This document shows positions 8,881 to 16,255 of a stretch of 40,242 nt of DNA, in pieces. The notes below the pieces were generated by a model, which saw only the letters and a list, made by a program, of their open reading frames with translations, was not told the origin of the DNA and ran no database searches. The stretch is from Leptolyngbyaceae cyanobacterium (GTDB lineage: Bacteria > Cyanobacteriota > Cyanobacteriia > Phormidesmidales > Phormidesmidaceae). The stretch is taken from positions 1-40,242 of the forward strand of contig CBDHHL010000028.1 in NCBI GenBank assembly GCA_965263355.1. Reading direction: 5' to 3'. How positions within the stretch are numbered: position 1 is the stretch's first letter; every line of letters starts with the position of its first letter. The position numbers and the translations under genes were made by a program.

Positions 8881-9717
8881 TTAAAATCCGTAGTTCCACT
8901 CTGCAAAATAACCCCTAGAGTCACCATGCGTAAACACACTGGCAGACGCTAGGGCCACGCCGTTTCTGATGCACCATGGCCGCAAAATCGCGTTGATCTT
9001 GTGGCATGGAATTTGTTTTTTGTTAATAAACACAAGAAAATCCGTCCCGTCACCATAGCAATGGCGAGAACGACTCGCGCCGCCTACACGACGGTTGGTT
9101 TCAGGGTCGCGATACCAGCTGTTGAATGAAATGCTGACTTTCTCAGGCGTCGTTTGATACGCCTCTGCAATAACATCCCTGAATTTTTCAATAGTTGTAT
9201 CGTGGGCAACAATTCGACTTACAACGCCAGCATCAGCAGGCTTGCGCCAAGATTTTGTTTTTGGGTCAAAATGTAGCGCCTCATACCACTTGTTTTTCCC
9301 CTTGCCATAGCGGATGGGGGCGCTCATGTTAAAGGTGCCAGAGCTACCAGGCAACGAAAATTTGAAGTCGTAGGCGTTTACAATTGGCTTGGGTTGGCTC
9401 TCTATCCCGCCATTAAGTGTTGTGATTGTATTCCCGACCGCCTTTTGCTTCTTCTGCGCATCAGTGCCGCCGATGACGACGTGTTTTAGGAAACAAAACC
9501 AGTTATGAAATTTTTGCTTTTTTCTTTTTAGTGAAACTTGAGCATAGTTGCCCTCATCAATCGGTGTGCCTGCATCGTCCTGTTGAGCTTCGGCCCAATT
9601 CAGTTCAAGCACGTCGCCTTCATGCAGCTTGAACTTTTGGTCTTCAGGCAGCTTGCTAGACTGGGTGATTATTCTCAGCAGCCAAGTGTCCCGTTTAGCG
9701 GTCAAGGTTTTAACCAT
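8881..9717 (-). CDS. Endolysin, peptidase M15A-type Zn peptidase with cyanobacterial-type N-terminal domain
   Basis: SWYRDPETNRRVGGASRSRH..GDGTD and FTHGDSR Zn-binding motifs; GGAG then ATG at 9717. Confidence 0.85.
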   Translation of the reverse strand: MVKTLTAKRDTWLLRIITQSSKLPEDQKFKLHEGDVLELNWAEAQQDDAGTPIDEGNYAQVSLKRKKQKFHNWFCFLKHVVIGGTDAQKKQKAVGNTITTLNGGIESQPKPIVNAYDFKFSLPGSSGTFNMSAPIRYGKGKNKWYEALHFDPKTKSWRKPADAGVVSRIVAHDTTIEKFRDVIAEAYQTTPEKVSISFNSWYRDPETNRRVGGASRSRHCYGDGTDFLVFINKKQIPCHKINAILRPWCIRNGVALASASVFTHGDSRGYFAEWNYGF

Positions 9718-9916
9718 GGCCTTCTCCTGTTCTACAATTTCCAAATTTGACCCCTGATGCTACTATTGTATCGAAAGCGGGGTTTTTATTAGCTTGTTTT
9801 CTCCTTAATCGGCTACTGCCTCGCAACTCATGGATTGCGGGGTATTTTTTTTCTGGATTTTTAGAATTAAAACTGTAGATATATTTAGATGAAGTCGAAT
9901 TCAATACGGGAACATT

Positions 9917-9947
9917 ATGGGGCCATGGGAACGGCCCCATTTTTTTG
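9917..9947. terminator. Hairpin/terminator downstream of the 9954-10385 gene
   Basis: ATGGGGCC-atgggaac-GGCCCCAT with adjacent T-run. Confidence 0.5.
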
Positions 9948-9953
9948 TCCTAT

Positions 9954-10385
9954 TTATTGACCAGGCGCGTCAACAGAAACGAACTCAGATGTTTGCACAG
10001 GGCCATTCTTGTTCAGTTTATTGAACTCGGTGGCTTTGAATTCTTCATCGATCTCATCTAGAAGAATTTTTAGCTCTCGTGGGTTTTCACCGATTTTTCC
10101 GGCGACTTGACGCATCCGGGATGTCATGCCGAGAACAGTGACTTCACCAGCGGCTACTTTGCGCAGCACATCAGCAGTACCATCAACCAGATCAATATGT
10201 TGAGCCAGCTTTGCATCAATCATGGGGAGAATCGTTTTAGCGATCTCAGTGTATTTATTAATTCCTGGGATAAATCCTTTTAGTGTCCGTGCTAACCGTG
10301 GGTTGATCACTAGTAGTACGGTGGACAATGCAGGTGCCAATGCCCCTGCAAGAATAGGGGTCAACGTGTCAAAATCGATAGTCAT
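9954..10385 (-). CDS. Membrane-anchored protein, possible holin
   Basis: N-terminal hydrophobic helix (LTPILAGALAPALSTVLLVI) then amphipathic helices; heads the endolysin block. Confidence 0.55.
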   Translation of the reverse strand: MTIDFDTLTPILAGALAPALSTVLLVINPRLARTLKGFIPGINKYTEIAKTILPMIDAKLAQHIDLVDGTADVLRKVAAGEVTVLGMTSRMRQVAGKIGENPRELKILLDEIDEEFKATEFNKLNKNGPVQTSEFVSVDAPGQ

Positions 10386-10519
10386 TTTTTCTCACAGTAG
10401 CTTCACGCCAATTTTAACAAATAAGCGGAATTCCCTATCCGTCTACACGGTGGGGTAGTTCATCTGTAGCTACCAAAATTGGATACAATATCCAGTAACG
10501 AGGTCGGTTCGATAGTTAC

Positions 10520-10563
10520 AAAATAACCCCTGTGTCTGCTTGAGCACGGGGGTTTTATTTTTT
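10520..10563. terminator. Bidirectional terminator
   Basis: AAAATAACCCCTGTG ... CACGGGGGTTTTATTTT inverted repeat with A/T tails. Confidence 0.6.
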
Positions 10564-10755
10564 GGGATGCCCGCGCAATTTCTCCCACACATAATCAATT
10601 CCCATGACATCCTGCAAATAGCGTACGGCTGCTGTTCTGACAAAATCAGCTTTCGTTATCCCTGTTGCATTACAATATTCAGCTATCAACGATTCGATCG
10701 CTTGAGTAAAAATCACAGTCGTTTTGGAGTCGCCTTGGTGGTCAGTTGGGGGCAT
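10555..10755 (-). CDS. Ribbon-helix-helix (CopG-like) DNA-binding protein
   Basis: KTTVIFTQAIESLIAEYCNATGITKADFVRTAAVRYL fits the RHH strand-helix-G-helix pattern; divergent from the FHA gene. Confidence 0.7.
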   Translation of the reverse strand: MPPTDHQGDSKTTVIFTQAIESLIAEYCNATGITKADFVRTAAVRYLQDVMGIDYVWEKLRGHPKK

Positions 10756-10879
10756 GGTGATATCAATTTGCCGTATCAACACAAATCAAATCGTGTTAAC
10801 GTAGGCTGTATAACGGTTCATAGCCTATTCTACGGCTACCTAGGGTCATCTACCGACCGGCCCATTATTTTCACCTCCA

Positions 10880-11644
10880 ATGGATACATGGTTAAGCCCA
10901 CGCGTAATTGAGCGATGCGGAGACAGAGAACTAACGCATGAAATCAACCTGGCTCAGGTGCCGGTTCGCATCGGTCGATCACCTGGGGTATATGAAGCTG
11001 ATTCGTATATTCGGATTGGTGCTATTGCTCCTGCCTTAATTCAGAAACGCATTAGTCGATGTCAGGCCACTATTACTTACAGTTCAGACGGAGAATACTA
11101 TATTAAAGATGGCAACGGGACTGAAAGCGGGCTAGGCGTTTATTATGATGGGAAGCGAATTGAAACGCCTCTAAAATTGCATCCTGGCATCCGTGAATTA
11201 TTGATTGTTCCTCAGCTTCAAGGGGCTAAATATGAATGCCGGTTTCAATGGCTGAAAAGCGAACAGTTAGAGGGGGAAAACGAGGTTGATCCCCTTAAAA
11301 CGATGGGTGCTCGCAACGTATATTTGGAGTCGCAGTTAGAGTCTAAAAATGCTGAAAACTCTCAGCTAGTGGGCGATGTGATCGCGTTGCAGGAACAAGT
11401 AGAATATTTAACTGCTCAGCATCAAAAAGAGAAATTAGCAGAAGTTGAGCAAAATCATAAGATTGCTCAACTTTACACGTCATGGCAGAAATTGAAAAAG
11501 CTTTGGACGGTGCTGGGCGTTTTAATCGCGTTGATTGCAGTCGTTCTACTGGGGATTGACCCTGAGTTGATTAATAAATTGATTAGCGGTGTTATTGTGT
11601 CGTTGACTGCTTTTGGAGTTATAAAGACGCAATCTGGGGATTGA
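10880..11644 (+). CDS. FHA domain + coiled coil + two C-terminal TM helices
   Basis: VRIGRSPG...ISRCQATI...YYIKDG..SGLGVYYDGKRI FHA signature; heptad Q/E/L-rich middle; two hydrophobic C-terminal segments. Confidence 0.8.
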   Translation: MDTWLSPRVIERCGDRELTHEINLAQVPVRIGRSPGVYEADSYIRIGAIAPALIQKRISRCQATITYSSDGEYYIKDGNGTESGLGVYYDGKRIETPLKLHPGIRELLIVPQLQGAKYECRFQWLKSEQLEGENEVDPLKTMGARNVYLESQLESKNAENSQLVGDVIALQEQVEYLTAQHQKEKLAEVEQNHKIAQLYTSWQKLKKLWTVLGVLIALIAVVLLGIDPELINKLISGVIVSLTAFGVIKTQSGD

Positions 11645-11654
11645 TGATTGATGC

Positions 11655-12767
11655 CTAGCTTGCAAGTAAATCCAATAAGCTTAGCTGTTGCTTTTTGGGG
11701 GCTTCCTCAGGTGTTGCGGTCTGTTGTTTTAGCCAGTCTAATCTAGCCTGCTGTGATACAAAGCTTTGTTCTTTGCCGACTTTGCCACGGGCTACATCTG
11801 CCCAATGAGGATCAATATCAATCCCGATAAAATGTCGTCCGTGCTTTTTGGCAGCTACTAGAGTATTGCCGGAACCACAAAAGCAATCTAGGACTACTGA
11901 ATTAGGCTTAGAACTAGCGTTTATTATGTGCGCCATCATGGTCAATGGCTTCTCGCATGGGTGCTTGCCTGGGTAGCTTTGCACTGTGGGAAAGTCCCAT
12001 ATATCGGTGTAGGGTACGTCTGACGATACGATAAACGGTCTACGTAGTTCTTCGTATTGCTGACATAGTTCTTCGTATTGCTGACGTAGTTCTTCGTATG
12101 GGCGTTGAAAGTAACCGGGGAATGAGTCTTGGAGGGTTTTGTACTGGTCTTCTAGAGGCAACTTCCATTGAATAGGGCTAAAAAAATGCGAGTCATGCCC
12201 CCGCATCCCAAGAATATGTATTATTCGTCTATGTGCAATTTTGGCTTTGGTCCTCTCTCCATCCAAATACGCTCGCAACGGTTCAAAAACAAACCCGCGC
12301 AACTCATCACACTTTGCCTGATAACCTGCTGCGCCTTTAGCTGCGTTATCTGCGCCGTAATGTTCACAAAAGATAATTGATTCCGATGCAGGAAAATAGC
12401 CTCTAAGAATTTCTTTGCATGATGCTTTATGTCTTCCTTGTTCCTTCCGCCATCGAATATTATTCAGCACATTAAACCGATCGCTCAACAACACCTCAAC
12501 TTGTGCTGACATTTTTGTGCTCGCGAAACAATACAGGCTGCCATTAGGTTTTAGGATGCGTTGCCATTGTGCGGCTAGCTGGTCAATCCATCTTAAGAAT
12601 TCTGCTGAATTATCCCAGGCGCGATCCCACCATTCGAATTTACCTTTAGAACCGCCCCCTTTTACCTTAAAAAAAGGCGGGTCAGTTGCTATTAGATCAA
12701 TGCTGCTATCAGGGATGCCGTCCATCACTTCCAAGCAATCGCCCTGAATAACTTGATTTAATTCCAT
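11655..12767 (-). CDS. DNA N4/N6-methyltransferase, beta class (MTase-1)
   Basis: QGDCLEVM, motif IV TDPPF, HPCEKP, motif I DCFCGSG, FIGIDID; ATG at 12767. Confidence 0.92.
   Translation of the reverse strand: MELNQVIQGDCLEVMDGIPDSSIDLIATDPPFFKVKGGGSKGKFEWWDRAWDNSAEFLRWIDQLAAQWQRILKPNGSLYCFASTKMSAQVEVLLSDRFNVLNNIRWRKEQGRHKASCKEILRGYFPASESIIFCEHYGADNAAKGAAGYQAKCDELRGFVFEPLRAYLDGERTKAKIAHRRIIHILGMRGHDSHFFSPIQWKLPLEDQYKTLQDSFPGYFQRPYEELRQQYEELCQQYEELRRPFIVSSDVPYTDIWDFPTVQSYPGKHPCEKPLTMMAHIINASSKPNSVVLDCFCGSGNTLVAAKKHGRHFIGIDIDPHWADVARGKVGKEQSFVSQQARLDWLKQQTATPEEAPKKQQLSLLDLLAS
12042..12099. repeat. 21-bp tandem repeat x~2.8 encoding YEELRQQ heptads in MTase-1
   Basis: ACGTAGTTCTTCGTATTGCTG units at 12042, 12063 and 12084. 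Confidence 0.85.
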
Positions 12768-12854
12768 AGCAAAACTTAGCACAATCACACTAGGACATTA
12801 TCCCCTGAAAATGCCAGAATAGAGCTAAGCTGTCAACCTTGGATATGTCGTGAG
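12761..12854. repeat. ~94-bp direct repeat copy 1 (upstream region of MTase-1)
   Basis: Core 12795-12846 matches 13724-13775 with one mismatch; flanks align at a 929-bp offset; contains minus-strand TTGACA. Confidence 0.9.
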
Positions 12855-12861
12855 ATTCCGT

Positions 12862-13563
12862 TCAGCTTGCCAATGCATCCCAGATATCTAGCTGCTCTTT
12901 TTCTGCAATAGGTTTCTTGTCGCTAGGCTCTGTTTGCCCCGGTGCCCATACTTCATTAATACGGTTTTTAGCGATCTCAAAATAATCAGTATCTAGTTCA
13001 ATCCCAATAAACTTACGACCTAGTTTTTTGGCCGCAACTCCGGTACTGCCACTGCCCATAGTAAAGTCTAGGACGGTTTCCCCTGGTAGCGTGTAGGTTT
13101 TGATTAGGTACTCCATGAGAGCAACGGGCTTTTGGGTAGGGTGGAGTCGGTCAATCCTATTCGCATTGCTAACTTGAATAAGATTAGTGGGGTAATACTC
13201 ATCATTGCGAGTGCCATCATTGCGAGTGCCGTTATTGAACACTCCCACCCACTGATTGCCGCTCCCTTTTGTTTTTAATTTCCCTTTCTTTTTTAGAGGG
13301 AAATAACAATGCTTCCCAAACACCAATATATTTTCAGTAACTTTTAGAGGTTGGTATGGGGCATTTGCAAAATTGGCAGCTAGTTTTTTATCCCACACCC
13401 AATCATATTTATAGTCTTTAATATTACTCATCCTAAGAGCACTACTAAAAGGCTCACTTCCAAATAAAGCTATTGCCCCATTAGGCTTAACTAGTTTCTT
13501 TAATCTCATCCACATTTCATCAAACGGGATTACGCTATCCCATTTGCAAGCGGTCGTGCTCAA
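12862..13563 (-). CDS. MTase-2 C-terminal part (beta-class N4/N6 methyltransferase lacking motif IV)
   Basis: TTACKWDSVIP, HPTQKPVALMEYLIKTYT, motif I DFTMGSG, FIGIELD; begins at a TTG overlapping the upstream TGA. Confidence 0.85.
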   Translation of the reverse strand: MSTTACKWDSVIPFDEMWMRLKKLVKPNGAIALFGSEPFSSALRMSNIKDYKYDWVWDKKLAANFANAPYQPLKVTENILVFGKHCYFPLKKKGKLKTKGSGNQWVGVFNNGTRNDGTRNDEYYPTNLIQVSNANRIDRLHPTQKPVALMEYLIKTYTLPGETVLDFTMGSGSTGVAAKKLGRKFIGIELDTDYFEIAKNRINEVWAPGQTEPSDKKPIAEKEQLDIWDALAS

Positions 13564-13673
13564 CCGTAAGGTGGATCTGTAATAATAGCGTCTACAGTTA
13601 CTTTGTCAGCTATTAGTTGGCCCATTACATCAAGGCATTCGCCTTGAAATAGTTGAACTAGATCTTCCTTCAC
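13560..13673 (-). CDS. MTase-2 N-terminal 37-aa part ending in the catalytic motif DPPYG (not in ORF track)
   Basis: Strong SD TAAGGAGGTGATC, GTG at 13673; MKEDLVQLFQGECLDVMGQLIADKVTVDAIITDPPYG*. Confidence 0.85.
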   Translation of the reverse strand: MKEDLVQLFQGECLDVMGQLIADKVTVDAIITDPPYG

Positions 13674-13689
13674 TAATGATCACCTCCTT

Positions 13690-13783
13690 ATTCCATGATA
13701 AAACTCAACACGATCGCACCAGTACATTATCCCCTGAAAATGCCAGAATAGAGCTAAGCTGTCAACTTTGGATATACTGTGAG
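13690..13783. repeat. ~94-bp direct repeat copy 2 (upstream of MTase-2 and the divergent 13786 gene)
   Basis: Aligns to 12761-12854. Confidence 0.9.
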
Positions 13784-13785
13784 CG

Positions 13786-14196
13786 GTGATGAACGTAACT
13801 GATAGCGATGATTATGTAGCTTTGATGATTGCTGCGGGCTCTCTAGCCTTAGGCGCGATCACAATTGTTGCATCGGCTGTATCTGACAAAATGGGCGCTG
13901 CTGAGACGACTGGGGGCTATGCCGTAGCTACAACCGGGTTAAGTGGCGCTGCGGGCTTAGCGCAAGGTGGTGGAAAAAAGAAAGAGGAAAAAGACATCCC
14001 TGATCCTGAGCCTACAGTCCCCACACCTGAACCTACGCCACCGACATTCAGCAGCCCAGTAGAACCCGTGAGTATCGATCCCCCTGGTGGTGACACTGAC
14101 TATGCTCATATGGGATTTCAATTGCCGTCGTCAGCTGGAGATACGGGCTGTCTTAAGGCGACACTTTACGGAATGGAGGTAAATTTTATCCCTTAA
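13786..14196 (+). CDS. Small membrane protein with Pro/acidic tail
   Basis: Hydrophobic Ala/Gly-rich N-terminal helices, KKKEEK, then PDPEPTVPTPEPTPP. Confidence 0.65.
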   Translation: MMNVTDSDDYVALMIAAGSLALGAITIVASAVSDKMGAAETTGGYAVATTGLSGAAGLAQGGGKKKEEKDIPDPEPTVPTPEPTPPTFSSPVEPVSIDPPGGDTDYAHMGFQLPSSAGDTGCLKATLYGMEVNFIP

Positions 14197-14198
14197 AC

Positions 14199-14240
14199 GA
14201 CAAAAACGCTCAAGCTTCTCAGTCTAAGAGCGTTTTTGTC
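14199..14240. terminator. Bidirectional terminator between convergent genes
   Basis: GACAAAAACGCTC ... GAGCGTTTTTGTC perfect 13-bp inverted repeat. Confidence 0.75.
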
Positions 14241-14280
14241 AGTGGTGACCATGCCAGACGGCTAGGGGATTTAATGTGCT

Positions 14281-14808
14281 CTAGTCTAGCACATCTAATT
14301 TTGTTTGCCATACAAAAGACGGCAGTAGTCCTTGAGCACCGTTTAAGATTTGCATGGATTCAACCAAAGTTTTGAATGTTTTAAGATAAATATCTGGATT
14401 CTTTTCCGAAAGCCGATTACCTGCGATGTTCACCTTTTCAACATCATTACTACAAATATAATCGGCTAATTCTTCGGCGCTAGGATTTATTAGCAATAAT
14501 TTTTTTAGATTTTTTGCAGTTCCTATTGTGAGCCTTCCACCTGGGCTATTTTGACGACCGAACCATACAGTTAAGTCTGTGTCAAAAACATTTGCTTTTG
14601 TCCTAGGTGGATATCCAGCCTCAGGATACTCTTTGAGGCCGAACATTTTAAGTGAGTAATCCGATATATTTTCTCCTGACCAAGTTTGAATCATGTAACC
14701 TTTGGCGGCCCATCCACCAGTTTTGAATCCGCAATACCTAGCAGCATCTAAACCCGCTCTATCTGCTCCGGTCTGGCCACCAGAATGAAACTTTAATTGT
14801 TTGAACAT
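14281..14808 (-). CDS. SLOG-superfamily protein (MoCo_carrier / cpYpsA-like)
   Basis: SGGQTGADRAGLDAA, GGWAAKG, YPPRTKANV, VNIAGNR hallmark motifs; ATG at 14808. Confidence 0.82.
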   Translation of the reverse strand: MFKQLKFHSGGQTGADRAGLDAARYCGFKTGGWAAKGYMIQTWSGENISDYSLKMFGLKEYPEAGYPPRTKANVFDTDLTVWFGRQNSPGGRLTIGTAKNLKKLLLINPSAEELADYICSNDVEKVNIAGNRLSEKNPDIYLKTFKTLVESMQILNGAQGLLPSFVWQTKLDVLD

Positions 14809-14845
14809 TTTTTTGTGCTGTGCTAATCCTTTATTTTTTAAGTCT

Positions 14846-15208
14846 CTAATAAGAAATACGATCAGGTAAATTAGCATTTAATGGCAATGCAGATTGAGCG
14901 TATTGAGGCAGTCGTTTAACCACCCTCCATCCTTTTGTTTTCAATGAACCTGCTAAATAATATCCTTTCCCAAAAGCCCAGTCTTCTCTGTACTCAACAC
15001 CTTCTAATCTTAAAAACTTAGTTCTTTCATCTAGCGATGCAGCTAACCGCATTTCCTTAAACAATCGGCGTGAATGATTTGAATACGCAAGCACGAAGCC
15101 TTCTTCAACTCGCAAAGAATCAAAATCTTCCATAGGGTGCCTATCATTGATAATTTTTTGAGCAATGATGACACCATGGGCAGCTTTTCTTGTAGTTACA
15201 AACGCCAT
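14846..15208 (-). CDS. Hypothetical protein
   Basis: 120-aa ATG ORF downstream of the leftward promoter. Confidence 0.6.
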   Translation of the reverse strand: MAFVTTRKAAHGVIIAQKIINDRHPMEDFDSLRVEEGFVLAYSNHSRRLFKEMRLAASLDERTKFLRLEGVEYREDWAFGKGYYLAGSLKTKGWRVVKRLPQYAQSALPLNANLPDRISY

Positions 15209-15224
15209 TGCTTTCTAACATCTA

Positions 15225-15270
15225 TTGACATCTCCTAATTTACACGCTACATTTTTGTGTGTCAACACAA
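15225..15270. promoter_or_regulatory. Overlapping face-to-face sigma70 promoters with a palindromic operator
   Basis: Plus TTGACA(15225)-17-TACATT(15248); minus TTGACA(15265)-17-TAAATT; TGTGT-CA-ACACA palindrome at 15258-15269. Confidence 0.65.
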
Positions 15271-15281
15271 ATATTGAATTG

Positions 15282-15524
15282 ATGCCAGACGTAAACATAG
15301 AGATTACGCTGGAGCTAGCCGAAAAAGTTCTTGACGCCTTGCCTGAACTACTTAAAGTAGAAACCCATGGCTTGACTCAAGAAGACTTAGGCTTAAAGCT
15401 AGGCTTAACAAAGTCTTCAGCTAGCACTACGATTTCTAGATACGAAAAAAGTTCATACCATGGTGTTAAACTGTGGAGACTAAGAGAGGTTGTAAAAGCC
15501 CTTTCAGATCTAGTCCAAAAGTAG
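15282..15524 (+). CDS. XRE/Cro-type HTH regulator
   Basis: HGLTQEDLGLKLGLTKSSASTTISRYEK HTH_3 pattern. Confidence 0.8.
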   Translation: MPDVNIEITLELAEKVLDALPELLKVETHGLTQEDLGLKLGLTKSSASTTISRYEKSSYHGVKLWRLREVVKALSDLVQK

Positions 15525-15643
15525 TCCAGAACAAAAATAGCTTTCAATAGAAGTATTGAATAACAAGGGTTGTAGCGTAGTTGATTAGTTGCGGATGCAG
15601 CAGCAAGTCAAAGTAATTTAGTAGGCCGAGTTTTTGATAAAAA

Positions 15644-15880
15644 ATGAAAGAAGAACTATTGACACTATTGACAATCCCTATCTACGGGCACATCAAGGTC
15701 TTTGCATCAGTGGCAGATGGTGTTACTGATGACGTTTTGAAGGACGCTATTTTAGATGCGGTGGAGCTCAACATTGATCCACGAATTATCCCAGGCAAAG
15801 AGAAAGTAGGAAAAGTGCAAATTTATTATGTGGAATTAGAAGGGATTGATTTTTACTTGAGTTTTATGAACCAACCTTAA
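15644..15880 (+). CDS. Hypothetical protein, possibly frameshift-extended to 15975
   Basis: 78-aa ORF; the -1 frame stays open from 15850 to 15975. Confidence 0.55.
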   Translation: MKEELLTLLTIPIYGHIKVFASVADGVTDDVLKDAILDAVELNIDPRIIPGKEKVGKVQIYYVELEGIDFYLSFMNQP

Positions 15881-16178
15881 ATGTTACATTGCTGAGCCGG
15901 GAAGTGGCCGCGAGCGACATCGACGAAGCCATTCGTGATTTTGCTTGTAGTCTAGAAAGCGTTTTTGACGCTTAAACCGCTTGCTGTAACGTCGTACTCA
16001 TCCCAGGTGCAATAAACGGGGTTATTGTATTAGTCTTCATCGTCTCGCCTTGGTCTGTTCCTGGCACTGGTGAAGCTGTCCCCTCGTAAACGATCGCTAT
16101 CATTCAAGGATTTCAGCTGCGTTCAGTTTTTGGCAAAAGAAATTACTGAAAAAACTTTTCCAGGCAGTCATGCCCAAT

Positions 16179-16240
16179 GTACGGATGAATGACAGGGGGT
16201 TGCATCGTGACAAAGGGTGAGGGTATATTAGAAGAGTAGC
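16179..16240 (+). promoter_or_regulatory. Repeated promoter element copy 1
   Basis: GTACGGATGAATGACA..GTGACAAAGGGTGAGGGTATATTAGAAGAGTAGC; TTGCAT-18-TATATT; duplicated at 16743-16804. Confidence 0.75.
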
Positions 16241-16255
16241 TGAGAGACAAGGATT

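Noticed and set aside
9710..9940. 76-aa minus-strand ORF before the M15A gene
   Set aside because: Starts inside a terminator-like hairpin with no recognisable features; cannot be supported, though not excluded
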